A stretch of 64,000 nucleotides of DNA from Owenia fusiformis (lineage: Eukaryota). Positions 37,101 to 48,100 of the stretch are shown here, one piece after another (the stretch's first letter is position 1; the number at the start of each line of letters is the position of its first letter). A program made the position numbers and the translations under genes. Where the stretch lies: positions 11,284,001 through 11,348,000 of the forward strand of contig CAIIXF020000001.1 in the NCBI GenBank assembly GCA_903813345.2. Direction: 5' to 3'. The notes below the pieces were generated by a model. The model saw only the letters and a list, made by a program, of their open reading frames with translations, was not told the DNA's origin and did not search any database.

Positions 37101-37401
37101 CCGCTGCATCAAGAAACGACCTGTACACTTTTCCCACTTTCTTTTCTATTTTGTCTGTCACTTTATCTATTTTAGCAGCAGCAGATTCTATCTTCTTATC
37201 TATTTTATCAGATGCTTTCCCAACTCTTCTGTTTATTTTGTCAATAACTTTAGTTATTCCACCGTCAATTGTTTCCTTTAGACTCGTAAATGGATTTTTA
37301 AAATTGGCTGGTCCTTCTGATTCCGCACTTTCAACATCATATATGACGATCAACGTCATACAAAGCATCAACAACAAATATCGAAATGGCAACATGTTCA
37401 T
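28193..37401 (-). CDS. Matrix metalloproteinase (M10A), ~856 aa: signal peptide, amphipathic repeat, prodomain, catalytic domain, TSP1, ShKT, 6xTSP1, 2xShKT; no hemopexin
   Basis: Phase-consistent GT-AG exons (5' to 3'): 37401-37102, 36043-35920, 35570-35472, 34893-34597, 34316-33930, 33681-33529, 33147-32998, 32023-31877, 31485-31333, 30978-30826, 29628-29473, 29100-28924, 28601-28449, 28314-28193 (TAG); total 2571 nt. Motifs: YLMKFGYL, cysteine switch KRCGMPD, furin site [40 protein letters not shown], Met-turn ATMYP, seven WxxWxxW..C...C TSP1 units and three ShKT units. AATAAA on the - strand at 27995-28000. Confidence 0.93.
29667..30720. mobile_element. Tc1/mariner-type MITE in an MMP intron
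   Basis: TA|cagggtgttccaaaagtaacaggactggtgctggcattttg ... caaaatgtcagcaccagtcctgttacttttggaacaccctg|TA. Diverged inverted arms extend ~170 bp. Confidence 0.9.
31711..31823. repeat. Short hairpin/MITE-like inverted repeat in an MMP intron
   Basis: gtagccttgccccaagtcggtat pairs with ataccgacctaggcaaggctac. Flanked by gcagca on both sides. Confidence 0.6.
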
Positions 37402-37609
37402 GATTGAGTGTATTTCCGACGACAAGTCAATCGCCAGCTTCAGTATAGCAATGGCAAATGACCCTGGTCTTCAGGTTGTGGTTGTGATGGTAAAATGAGG
37501 ACTCAAGTTCTCGAAATGTCAATAAATACTTCCATGTTTGCAGGAATCCGGTTATAAAGTGGACGCTCAAATATCTTCGAGTTTTGTGACGCTCCAACAA
37601 GCCACTTAG

Positions 37610-37625
37610 TTAGGTTTATAGCATA
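37610..37625 (-). promoter_or_regulatory. Candidate TATA box of the MMP gene
   Basis: gcTATAAAcc on the - strand at 37615-37620, ~215 bp upstream of the ATG. Motif match only. Confidence 0.3.
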
Positions 37626-39169
37626 ATAGAAGATAAACTAACACTGTTATCACTTTATTGAGCAGATAGGAAGTTTTGGTCGGTCATAGAAATCATCATT
37701 TTGGGTTATCGGAGTCTCTCTTTATTTAATGATTGTGAAAGACTCTGATTTACCATAAGACAGTTGATGCTGGGTACTTCATTCCTATGATCTCAATACA
37801 CTTTTTGGATTTTAAGAAACTATTTCTTTTATCAATGTCCCACATTGCCATGTGTCATGGTAACACTGGTCTATTCCCCATGCAAAACGTTGGCGACCCT
37901 AACTCGCCATTGTTTGCTTTTGTCTTAATTATGTCACCACAACAAGTGGTGACATATTGTTATAGTCTTCAACTTTTTTGTGGACGTTGTTCGGCGTTTG
38001 GAGTTCGCCGTCTGACAGGTAGTGACATTTTGCATGTTATATCCTGCCTTGTTTCAATTTTATTATCTGGAATATGTCATTTCTTAAGGTCACTACTAGT
38101 AGGGCTATTTCACGTATTGAACGATGTTGGATTACCAAGCTATGAAGATTTCATGATTGAAAATCAAACTGGTAAACGAATATGGTATTGAACTCTATCT
38201 TCATTCGGATAATACAAAAAAGTACATCATAACTGAGAAAGTATCGGAGGATTGCCATGTTTTGTATCGCTCTGCATACAAGGCTTCAGGAATGATATAA
38301 ACCCCCAAATCCAACGTACATCAAGGGTCAACATTCGATGGAAGGATGAGTCATTTCGTGAAGTCTCCGAATGTTAGGCTTTAGTTAAGAAATAACATAA
38401 CCCACTGATATGTACTTTTACGGGAATCTCTTATTTTAACGTGATAATTAAACACATGCTATGAATTAGACACATTGAACTTGAAGTGGTTTTCTCGCAT
38501 CTTATTGATCAACCTTGTGAATAGCTGTCAAAACTATTTCCTTGGTCGGAAGCAACATGCCAACAACAAATATGGTGGCTTATTAAACAAATAAAAAGGC
38601 GATACCAGAAAGGGTGGGCGATTCTATCCTAGATCTAGAAAGCTCACACCAAGAAATTGAGCCATTTAGACCATGGGCTTTCGCCGGTGTAACAAAAATT
38701 ATCTTTGTCTGGTATTTCTTTCATTTTGAATCACTGTTGGATTGGAAATTGTTTTGTAATTCAAGAAGAGAAAAATGTTTTGGGTCGAACCGCATTTGTA
38801 TTAAACAAAGAATCAACATATAACTTTTTTAGCAATTGGTATCTATATACCGAAAGATATTTACAGTATTTACACTGCGCGAAGAGTCTACAGTAAATAC
38901 ACTACTTAAGACGAAGCTCTCTTTTAAGAAGCGAAATCGAACGAATGCAAACGGTATGAGATATTGTATTTTTGTGTTTATTACATGGTACTCTCAGTAC
39001 ATGTGTACTAAGATTCACCAATAGTTTATAATCTTGCATTGAGATGAATGCTCACAATTGATTATAATATTTTGACTCCATTGAGGTTACCATGAATTTG
39101 GAGCCTCGACTAATCTTGATAGTTTTGTTCCTACATTGTTCAGTCATTTTTGAAGTCACATTCGATATT

Positions 39170-42100
39170 CTATGTTGAAAGGTATAGCAGACTCGTCAAC
39201 AGCGTGTCAAATAGAATTAGACATCCCATGTGTAATAGAGAACTTGAAGATACTCTCTTAGCAGAACCTAAAACAGTAAGGGGTAAATGTAAAGAAAATA
39301 AACAATGACTAATGATTCCAACTTATAATGAAATAAGTATTATGGTTTCTAGTATTAATGACGAAAGTGATACTGGAATAACATAGTGTTTTGTCGATTT
39401 TAAGTATTCTAAGTGACATCGCTTGAAAGGATTTCTTCTAAGCGTCACTGAACTCGAGTCGATTTTTAAGGCCATTGGATGTGCCTACCACCAAGCACCA
39501 GATTAGAAGAAACGTATTGTCATGGTGTAATATGTCATTTTCCGATAGGTGTAATTGTATGTAACTTACTTGTACACACAGGTCCCTTTGGAAAGTATCC
39601 CTTTGTGCAGAAACACCGTTTAGATTTATCATTAAAAAGGCTTGCAAATTTACTACCACTCTTCTTTATGTTACTGAGAGTCAGCGCAGGTGGCCGGCAT
39701 TCCATTTTCCGATGGTACTGAAAAGTAAAAGTATGGGTTATGATGTATAATATTGATTTTAGCGAGTTCATTTCGATGTTATTGTTATCGGCAATCTGTT
39801 GCAATAAATGTAACACCACTAGTATCGGTGTCATGTGTGTCAGGCCCTATTAAATTAGACAACATTCTCTTTAAAAATAATGGGAAGACTTGAGTAAAGG
39901 CATAATCATCACCGGATAAATTATTTTTCATAGAATTCCAACACACGATACAGCAATACATACAAATGTGCATACATATTTATATTCAAGCTTTAAAATG
40001 TTGTATTTTGGAATATTATGAAGTAACAGGGTGGTCCAAAAAAAGTGAACCCCTGCAACAGGCTACAATTTTCTTAATACATGCATGAATTGGCTCATAT
40101 TATCACATGTTGTAGAAAAAGGTCTAAAATTTGGGTTAATGCCATATTTTACTCTCAGTCTTAAATTTTGAAAAAATTACAAGCGTTTAACAAACATGCC
40201 TGGAAATTTCACACTTTCATTGATCATTTTGAAGCATTTTTAACTGTTCAACAGTTCAGGGGTATGTTACCTACACCAACAGTTAGAGGGGCGCCTCTTA
40301 TGGAAGGAAGTTGCCCCCTGTGACCAGGAATCTGATCACCCCTTCATCAAATATCTTTAAAAAATCAAAAGAAAATCCAATATTCAATGTTTTGAGCCAT
40401 ATGCTAGTTTTAAGCCATAATGTGCAAGATTTTAAATTGAACAAAGTCAGAAAATATTAGTTCTTTAAGACTGCAGCTTAAAAAATTCTCAGGGGAAAGG
40501 TGTTAAAGGGTTGAAGTATCGCGGATACTGAAAATCACAATTTGTCCATTTTCAGTAATGTTTGGTTAGGGCTTATTATTTCTGCAAATTTCAAGACTAA
40601 GAAAAATGTATGGTACCAACATAACTTTTAGACCTTCTTCTACAACATGTGAAAAAAAAAATTCCTGCAAGTAATAAGGGAAATATGGCCAGTTGCAGGG
40701 GTTCACTTTTTTTGGACCACCCTGTTTAAACGTTCTGGTCGCCTCCATACCTCTGAGGCTCTTGGACAGGTTGTGAAGAAGTTCTTGCACACTGGCCTGT
40801 CTAAATATCCCTGTAAACAGTCGTTGGTTTGCCTGCACAATTTACCGAAGGCCCGCAAAGGACTGTCTTTAACTGAAAAAAGCCAGCGTTATTGTTATTA
40901 ACACACTGAATGTGAGAGAAGTTTTTTGTAATCAGCTATTATATTGGCTTTCAATGGAATCGGACTCAGAACAAGTTGGCTACATTTTGGATTTTCTGAG
41001 AATATAAAAGATGGCGTACGTGTTGCACTCACCTATTTTTGCGTTGCATTTCATTTTTCCACAGCAGAAGTTCCATCTACGTGTCCATTCGGCATCAGTG
41101 TCTAAGAGCTCCTCACAATGGTCCTTTGCTTTACAGCCCTTCTCTACCTGGTACTTCTCCCAACCCAATTTGATAGTCTTGCTGTAGCATTGGTACTACC
41201 AAGTAAAAATAATGGGATGAAAGCGACATTATCATTTGATTAGCCCCATAGTCAAAATACAAATGATTGAACTGATATATCATTTAATGGAATAGATGTG
41301 AGACTCAACTTAAATGAAAAGGTGAGCCAACGGGGGTCATGATTAGAGATACACACGAGACAGCAGTCAAGTCAAGTAAAGTATAACACATGTTCATCGG
41401 AAATGCATTTTAAGTTGATTTCTCTTTCATTTTTCTTGGCAATGTGCGGTTTACCAAATTCCTCAGGTACATGAGAGGAAATCCGATTTGCATTTTGTCT
41501 TTCAAATGTTACCATGTGCGTCTTGATTTACGTACCTTTGTTCTGTCACGTTGTTCTTCAGTAGTAGTAAACATGGGATCTGGAGTTGTTTTGCGGACTC
41601 TGTTCTCTTTATCATCGTTGTCATCATCATCTTCATCATACATACCATTTCCATATATAGTATTGTCGTAATTAATTTTTTTCTTCTGTGTCTTCTTCTT
41701 TGATACTAAAACCTCCTCCTCTTCCTCATCGTATTCTTCATACTCCTCATATTCATACTCTGTATTGTTTGATGACGGCTCGTCGTCATAATAATACAGA
41801 CCATCAGCAGACCTCTCAACACGCCCATTCCCTCTTTTCCCTTTCCCACGTCCCTTCCCCTTCCCTCGTTTGTTCAGTTCTGCTAGATCCTGATAGTAAT
41901 ATTCATATAGTTCAGTGGCATCTTCGTCTTCTTCCGTTTCGTAATAATAATCATCAAATTTTTCACATCGTTCAAGGTCAGCTGATTCTAAACATCGCAC
42001 GTTAGCGTCTATTTCATTTTGACCCTTTCCCGTACAAGAGTAACATTTGATACAATCTGAAAATGAAACAATACAATTTACATGAGTTTCATCAACGTTT

Positions 42101-45100
42101 GCAATTTCACTTACGTAACGATGCAGATCTATGTCAACATTTGCATTATCAGACTTATTCATGACTGTAAACTATGGACTTGCCCAGTTCTCATTATAAA
42201 AATGCAGTCATTAACTATTTTACTTCAAAAGGTTGCAAGCGCTACAGCTAAGAGTTCTATGTTGTACTTGACAATGAACCTCTTTTAAAACAATGGCCCA
42301 GATAATTACTTGTTGGCCTTCCTGATGAACAGTATATTTAATGACACAGTTCAAATTAATTAATGTGTCATCATCTGTTCTTCTTCAGGATCACTTTTAA
42401 TTTTTCTCGTTGATGTTTAAATTTCCGATTCTGATTTTATGAGTTTCTTCCACCATTGCTCATTGAGAATGTTTTGGGCCACCCTGTATATTTCTCTACA
42501 AATAACGTTTAATCAATAGTAATGTAGTAAGGAGAGTGACCAAAATGCAGAAACATAATGTCCATTTACATTGAATTATCATTAGAATTGATAGCGGTGA
42601 TTTTGGACTACTAGATATGTCCTTTTAGCATCAGACTTAGCTGAGACAATGGAAAATGCTCAACTACAAACATTTCATGAGTACTGCGTCGTCTGTATTT
42701 ATAATGATGCACTTAATCAAGCCTTTGTGTTACTCCAACTATAAATTTGTTTTGTAATTAAAGTTGGTAAGTATGCGCACTACATTTTTCCACAATGGTA
42801 GCATAGCATAGATAATATAGTTTGCCAGCGGTTATTACCATATGTTACGCCGCACCAGGTGGTAGTGTAGGTTGCACTATTGTTCTCAATGCTAGAGTTA
42901 CTGACGTATATAACATATCACTGTTCTACATTAATACCGATTTCAGCTCTCTGGTATTCCTGTTTTAGAGCACAACTCCCTGACAAAATAACAATTTAAA
43001 TTTGAATTTTTTGACGATGGATATATGTTACGTAAGGGTTGGACAACATGTTTTCTAGTGGAAACTTATCTTATAAACTACAAACATTTTCACACCTTTG
43101 ATGTCGAATATACACTGAGCTGTTTATTTTTGTATTCATCACTTCAGGAGTGATTCAGAAATGATCCTATGGACCTCGAGAAATAATTTTGCTATTTGCC
43201 TGTTCAAGAGAAAAACAAACGAGTTAATCTTTGTCACGCGTATTTTCTCATAATCCCAAAATTCCATACTTAAAGAGAGAATCAGATCTAGCGGGCAAAT
43301 GTTTCAATTTTAATGTATTTTGGCTCATATCATTCCTTGTTATGTCTATTTTCTAAAACTCCTCAAAGTACATTCTTTATTCCAGAAACTTAAAGGGACA
43401 TTCCTAGCCAGACCATTTCTATCCTGATATGGTAGCTACAATCATATATACTTTGCATATTTAGCAAAACACGAGAATGATGTCATCAACCCTCAACTTT
43501 CACAACCTTGCCTATAACAGTATAGGACAGTAGCATAAAATCACTTTTAGGCAAGCGGTCCTTACTTGATGTGCAAAAATATTTTCAGCGCTTGTCAGCC
43601 TGCTTAGAATAAAAGAAGAGACTTTTAGGATCAAGTCATAAACAAATTTGAAAAATAATATTCAGCTGGTTTTATCATTCTTAATAGATCCTTACCTAAT
43701 GTTATATGCAAAGTTCTTGAGAGATGATGACATCACTTCCTGAGTGAAATCTTAAAAGATGACAGCCTTATGGAATTGAGCACTACAATTTTAAGTGATC
43801 AATATTGACCATATCTAACATTTCCCCATGTTTTGCTAAACATGGAAAGTTTATATAAATATGATTATAGCTATCATATAAAGAGAGAAATGGTCTGGCA
43901 AGGAATATCCCTTTAAGATTTTTACAATAATGTGTTATTTTTCAATCATTTTGGTTTTTTCTACAATTTTTGCACTTTGAATCCTGAATAACTTCACCAA
44001 ATTATAACATATCTCGAGTCTTTTGGGATATATTGTATTTGAGATCATAAAGAATATATTGGTGGGTACATGTTGCTTGCAATTTTGTCATCCCCTATAG
44101 ATCTGATACGACCTTAAAGTCCATGTGACCCCTTCCCCTCCTACTGTACAGAGCAGCACAACAACTTACTATTTGACTGGTTGAACATAAATGTTTGATC
44201 ATCCTCTAAGCAGATTATAACTTTAGCAACTTAACATCCGTTTTGACAAAATATCTCAAGGTTTCCCTCTGGCTCTCTTAGCTGATCAATTACAATTGCC
44301 TATGGTAATTTATCAAAAATGCAAGCTTATCTAAATAAAGTCTCACTTTTCCAGAGGGCTTTACAGTGAGAACGATTAGTGTCTTCACTGTTTTATTAGT
44401 GCATTTGCATATACTTGTACATGTTTTTAAAGAAATTATACACGTTCGTTAAATATATGAAATCCATAAAACATATCTACTACCCCGTCCCTGTTTTAGA
44501 TTAGTTATCCTGCTAGTAACATTGCCACTGTTTGAACTATGGAGAGAAGAAATCGCACACGTATTATCTTTTCCAATCGCATCGATTGTACGTCACCTGT
44601 ACACGGGAGTTTATCATCTTGGATTACCAGGATATGAAACTGGTAAGCGAATATTGGAGCTAACCAAAATTTTCAAAAGGCCATAGTTAAGCTTTAATGT
44701 CCTCTTTAAGAACCCCATATTCTTACTATTGAAAATGGATTCTACCAATACTCTCCAACGTGAATAGTTACGAGATCAACTTGATTTCTTCTTGTTGAGA
44801 TAAGTTGTGATAGCATGATCGAGTCTTGGCAAGTATATTAACTTATATGTTGAATTGTATTGCTAAAATCCATTTTTATAGCATCAATAGGGTAAAATGA
44901 CATTGGGGTTGCTTTTTAGAACTTTTTGTTGGCTTTACATGGGTGTATATATTATGCTCAATAACTGATATACTGTTTAATGAAACCTTTATCGTTATAA
45001 TTCATTGTATCTAGGACTTTGTCTTTTGGCCTAAAGGATCAGCAAGTCGAAACAAAATTCTAAGATTAATTAATAATATAACGCTTTACACAGTAGAACA

Positions 45101-48100
45101 AAATGTATGGTTCGCTCTTGTCCCGGTGGACTTTCTTAAAGCTTTCGACTCTCTTCGTCATCATTATTTTTTATTAAGGTAATTAATAAAAGTTCACGTT
45201 GAGAAATATGTCATTTCATGGGTAAAACAGTATTAAAATGATAAGTTAAGTTATGCATCCAGGGTTCTAGTTTTAAGATTAAGATATAAAAGGGGATCAA
45301 ACATGGGGATTCGTTACCACCTAAATTATTTTTATGTGGATACAATATCCTTTATGGCAAAAAATATATACGAGATGATAAATAAAAAAGAAATCTGGAT
45401 TGGAAGCAAAGAATTAAAATAAGCATACGATTTAAGTGCTATTGTTATTTGTTATTTACGTTGTATTTTAGTTTTACTCCGGCAAGATTTACTCATAAAC
45501 CAAGGGAACCCCTAGAGACAATAAGTGAACGTCAACCAACCCTCGAATGTCATTTTGCCTACTACTGGTATTCATAATAGTTTCTGATTTGGGAGACCTC
45601 ATCGGACTTCAACGTTCGTACATTAAGGTGAGATAATCAATTAATTAATCAAGTTAATTACTATTATTTATTACATCATTTGAAAAAATGAATGCGAGTA
45701 TTCAAACACTGGGAGAAATAACACCATTCTATTTGATCATTGTTCGTCAACCAATGAAAATTCGACATTTTTAGCTTTTAACAGTAATGATAATTGTTCT
45801 GTACACTTTCATATACGCATTATAAGCTTTCAATCATAAAGAAACCAAAAGGAACAGAAACTACTACCTACAGTAGCTAATGAGTCAGCCCCCAAATCGA
45901 CCTCGTTTCACAGTGCATTCTGAAGTTAATAAATGGGCTTCACAACCCTCAATCATCTCAACAGTTGCACCGTTACATGATTTTCTGAATGAATTTGCGG
46001 GAGGAGAGCATAAAAATAACTTATCTTGATATACAGGTTGTTAATAAAGTTCTTGAAAAAGGGTTATAATAGTGCTAACATTTTTAAACATGAAACAAAT
46101 TGCATTGTGATTGGTGTTTGCAGGAGCTATACAGTCTAATAAAAATGAGTACACTTTTATATCCAAGGTGATTTTTTATTTTAATGCTTCCAGTATTGTT
46201 TGTGTATGCTATATCTCTGGATAGAGACTTAAATATTCTCATTAAATAATATATAATGTACGATGACTAGATAACAAAAATGCTGTCTTACACCATATTA
46301 TTGAGTACCATGGGATATTTTAGAGGATACACCAAGGGTGTATTATGAATGTGAAGTACAGGGTGAGCAAAAAAAGATTGAACTTTGTTCGATGTTCCAC
46401 TAAACCCATCATATGGGGTTTATGTATCCCAGCTTATTAGATACAGCAGGGCGTGTTCAAAATATCTAGATTTCAAATCAAGACACCATATTTTAGTTAC
46501 CAAGCTGTTAGGACAAGGTTATACTTGTAAAAAACTTAAGAAATCCTTTCTGGGCTTCGCTGAAAAGTACAAGTCATTAATTTTGAAATTTCAAATTTTA
46601 CCACTTGAAATGCTGAAGGATGTAGGAATGGTATAAAACAAATTGGCACCTTTTGAGGTGAATCCCGGCTATGGTATTAATGGTTGAGAAATAGGAATCG
46701 AAACCAGCCATAGTTTTCTCCTGATGACCATTGTGAATGTTGTGTTTTATGGATTATGATGATAGCTTTGCGAACGGATGTTGACCCCTTGAATTGCCTA
46801 TGGACTTCGAGACTGGATTTTATCTATCCCACATCATTTGAGACTGAATACTCTTATCTTTTATGAGTACTAGTATCTACAACTATTTTTGATGTTTTGA
46901 GTATTGGCTATCAATTTTTCAATTTTTCTTCAACATGTATTGTAATGACTTCAGTATGAATGAAATGTCCCTTGGTGTTCTGGTCCTGGATTGTGATACT
47001 AGTATTGGTTCTCGATTGGAGGGGGGATGTTAGACATTGTTTCTTTTCACGTGAGATCATGGTTTTGGGATATATAGGGTCTACTTTTCTTATGACAGAT
47101 TTACACTTACAGTTTGCTTTTCTTGTTGGGTTTCCTTGAAGTTTTTAGTCACCCTTCCCTTTTGGCATTTGTGCTTATATATTCTTTCATTCTAATGATT
47201 TCATTGGTCTATTTCAAAGGGTTACGATTTCATGGCCATTTCTATGTCACCACTTTTGTTAAAGCCCCCGTTTTTGTGACGGTGGTCGGCTTCTGTAATG
47301 GCGGTTGGCGCTCGGCTTCTATAGCAAATTTCCAATAAATTAACAAATAACCGTTGAGACTGACTTCAAATTTTTTCCAAAATCATCAACGAGTTCTCAT
47401 TTTTCAACCCACTTCAAATTGACAATTTTTTATCTAAATCATCTACTAGTTCTCAGAGGTTCAAACCTGGCTTTAGATTTGGGATTTGACCTTCAATGAC
47501 ATTCTTAAGGTCAGAAAAGGTCAAAAAGGTATTTTTCAACCCACTTCAAATTGACAATTTTTTATCTAAATCATCTACTAGTTCTCAGAGGTTCAAACCT
47601 GGCTTTAGATTTGGGATTTGACCTTCAATGACATTCTTAAGGTCAGAAAAGGTCAAAAAGGTAGTTTTCAACTCACTTCAAATTGACAATTTTATTATCA
47701 AAATCATCTACAAGTTCTATCTTGAGATTTTTCCTTTAGTGACATTCTCAAGGTAAAAAGGTATTTTTCAATTTCTTCAAATCGAGTTCTTTTTTCAAGA
47801 TCATTTACAATTTCTCAGAGGTTCAAACCTGCCTTTAGATTTGAGACTTGACCTTCAATGACCTTCTCAAACCCAAAGTGTTCAGTTTTCAACTTGCTTC
47901 AAATTGGCCAATCAGAAATTCAAATCTGACTTTTAGATTTAAGACTTGACGTTCAATGACCTTCTCAAAGTAAAAAGGTCGAGACGTTAAATCTGACTTC
48001 AAATTGAACTCATAATATTGTGGGCGCGATTGGGTGACCAATATTAGCTGAAAGCAATGGATCGCATGAGTTTTCCCTATGGGAAAATAAGATGGGAAAT

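Noticed and set aside
37787-38191. 134-aa + strand ORF between the LU and MMP genes
   Set aside because: No domain or splice support. It overlaps a short dispersed repeat also seen near 44620-44660.
42320-42390. ~70-nt imperfect hairpin as a miRNA candidate
   Set aside because: It has large asymmetric bulges and is adjacent to a Tc1-type end at ~42470-42488, so it is more likely a MITE remnant.
46660-46770. Possible hammerhead ribozyme or SECIS after the Penelope-like ORF (CTGATGA and GAAAC nearby; ATGA...GA)
   Set aside because: I could not build stems I-III with correct adjacency to the CUGAUGA/GAAA core, nor a SECIS quartet with proper helix II and apical AA. It needs a covariance-model search.
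47401-48005. Regular repeats as a CRISPR-like array
   Set aside because: The units are contiguous with no unique spacers, the context is eukaryotic, and there are no cas genes.
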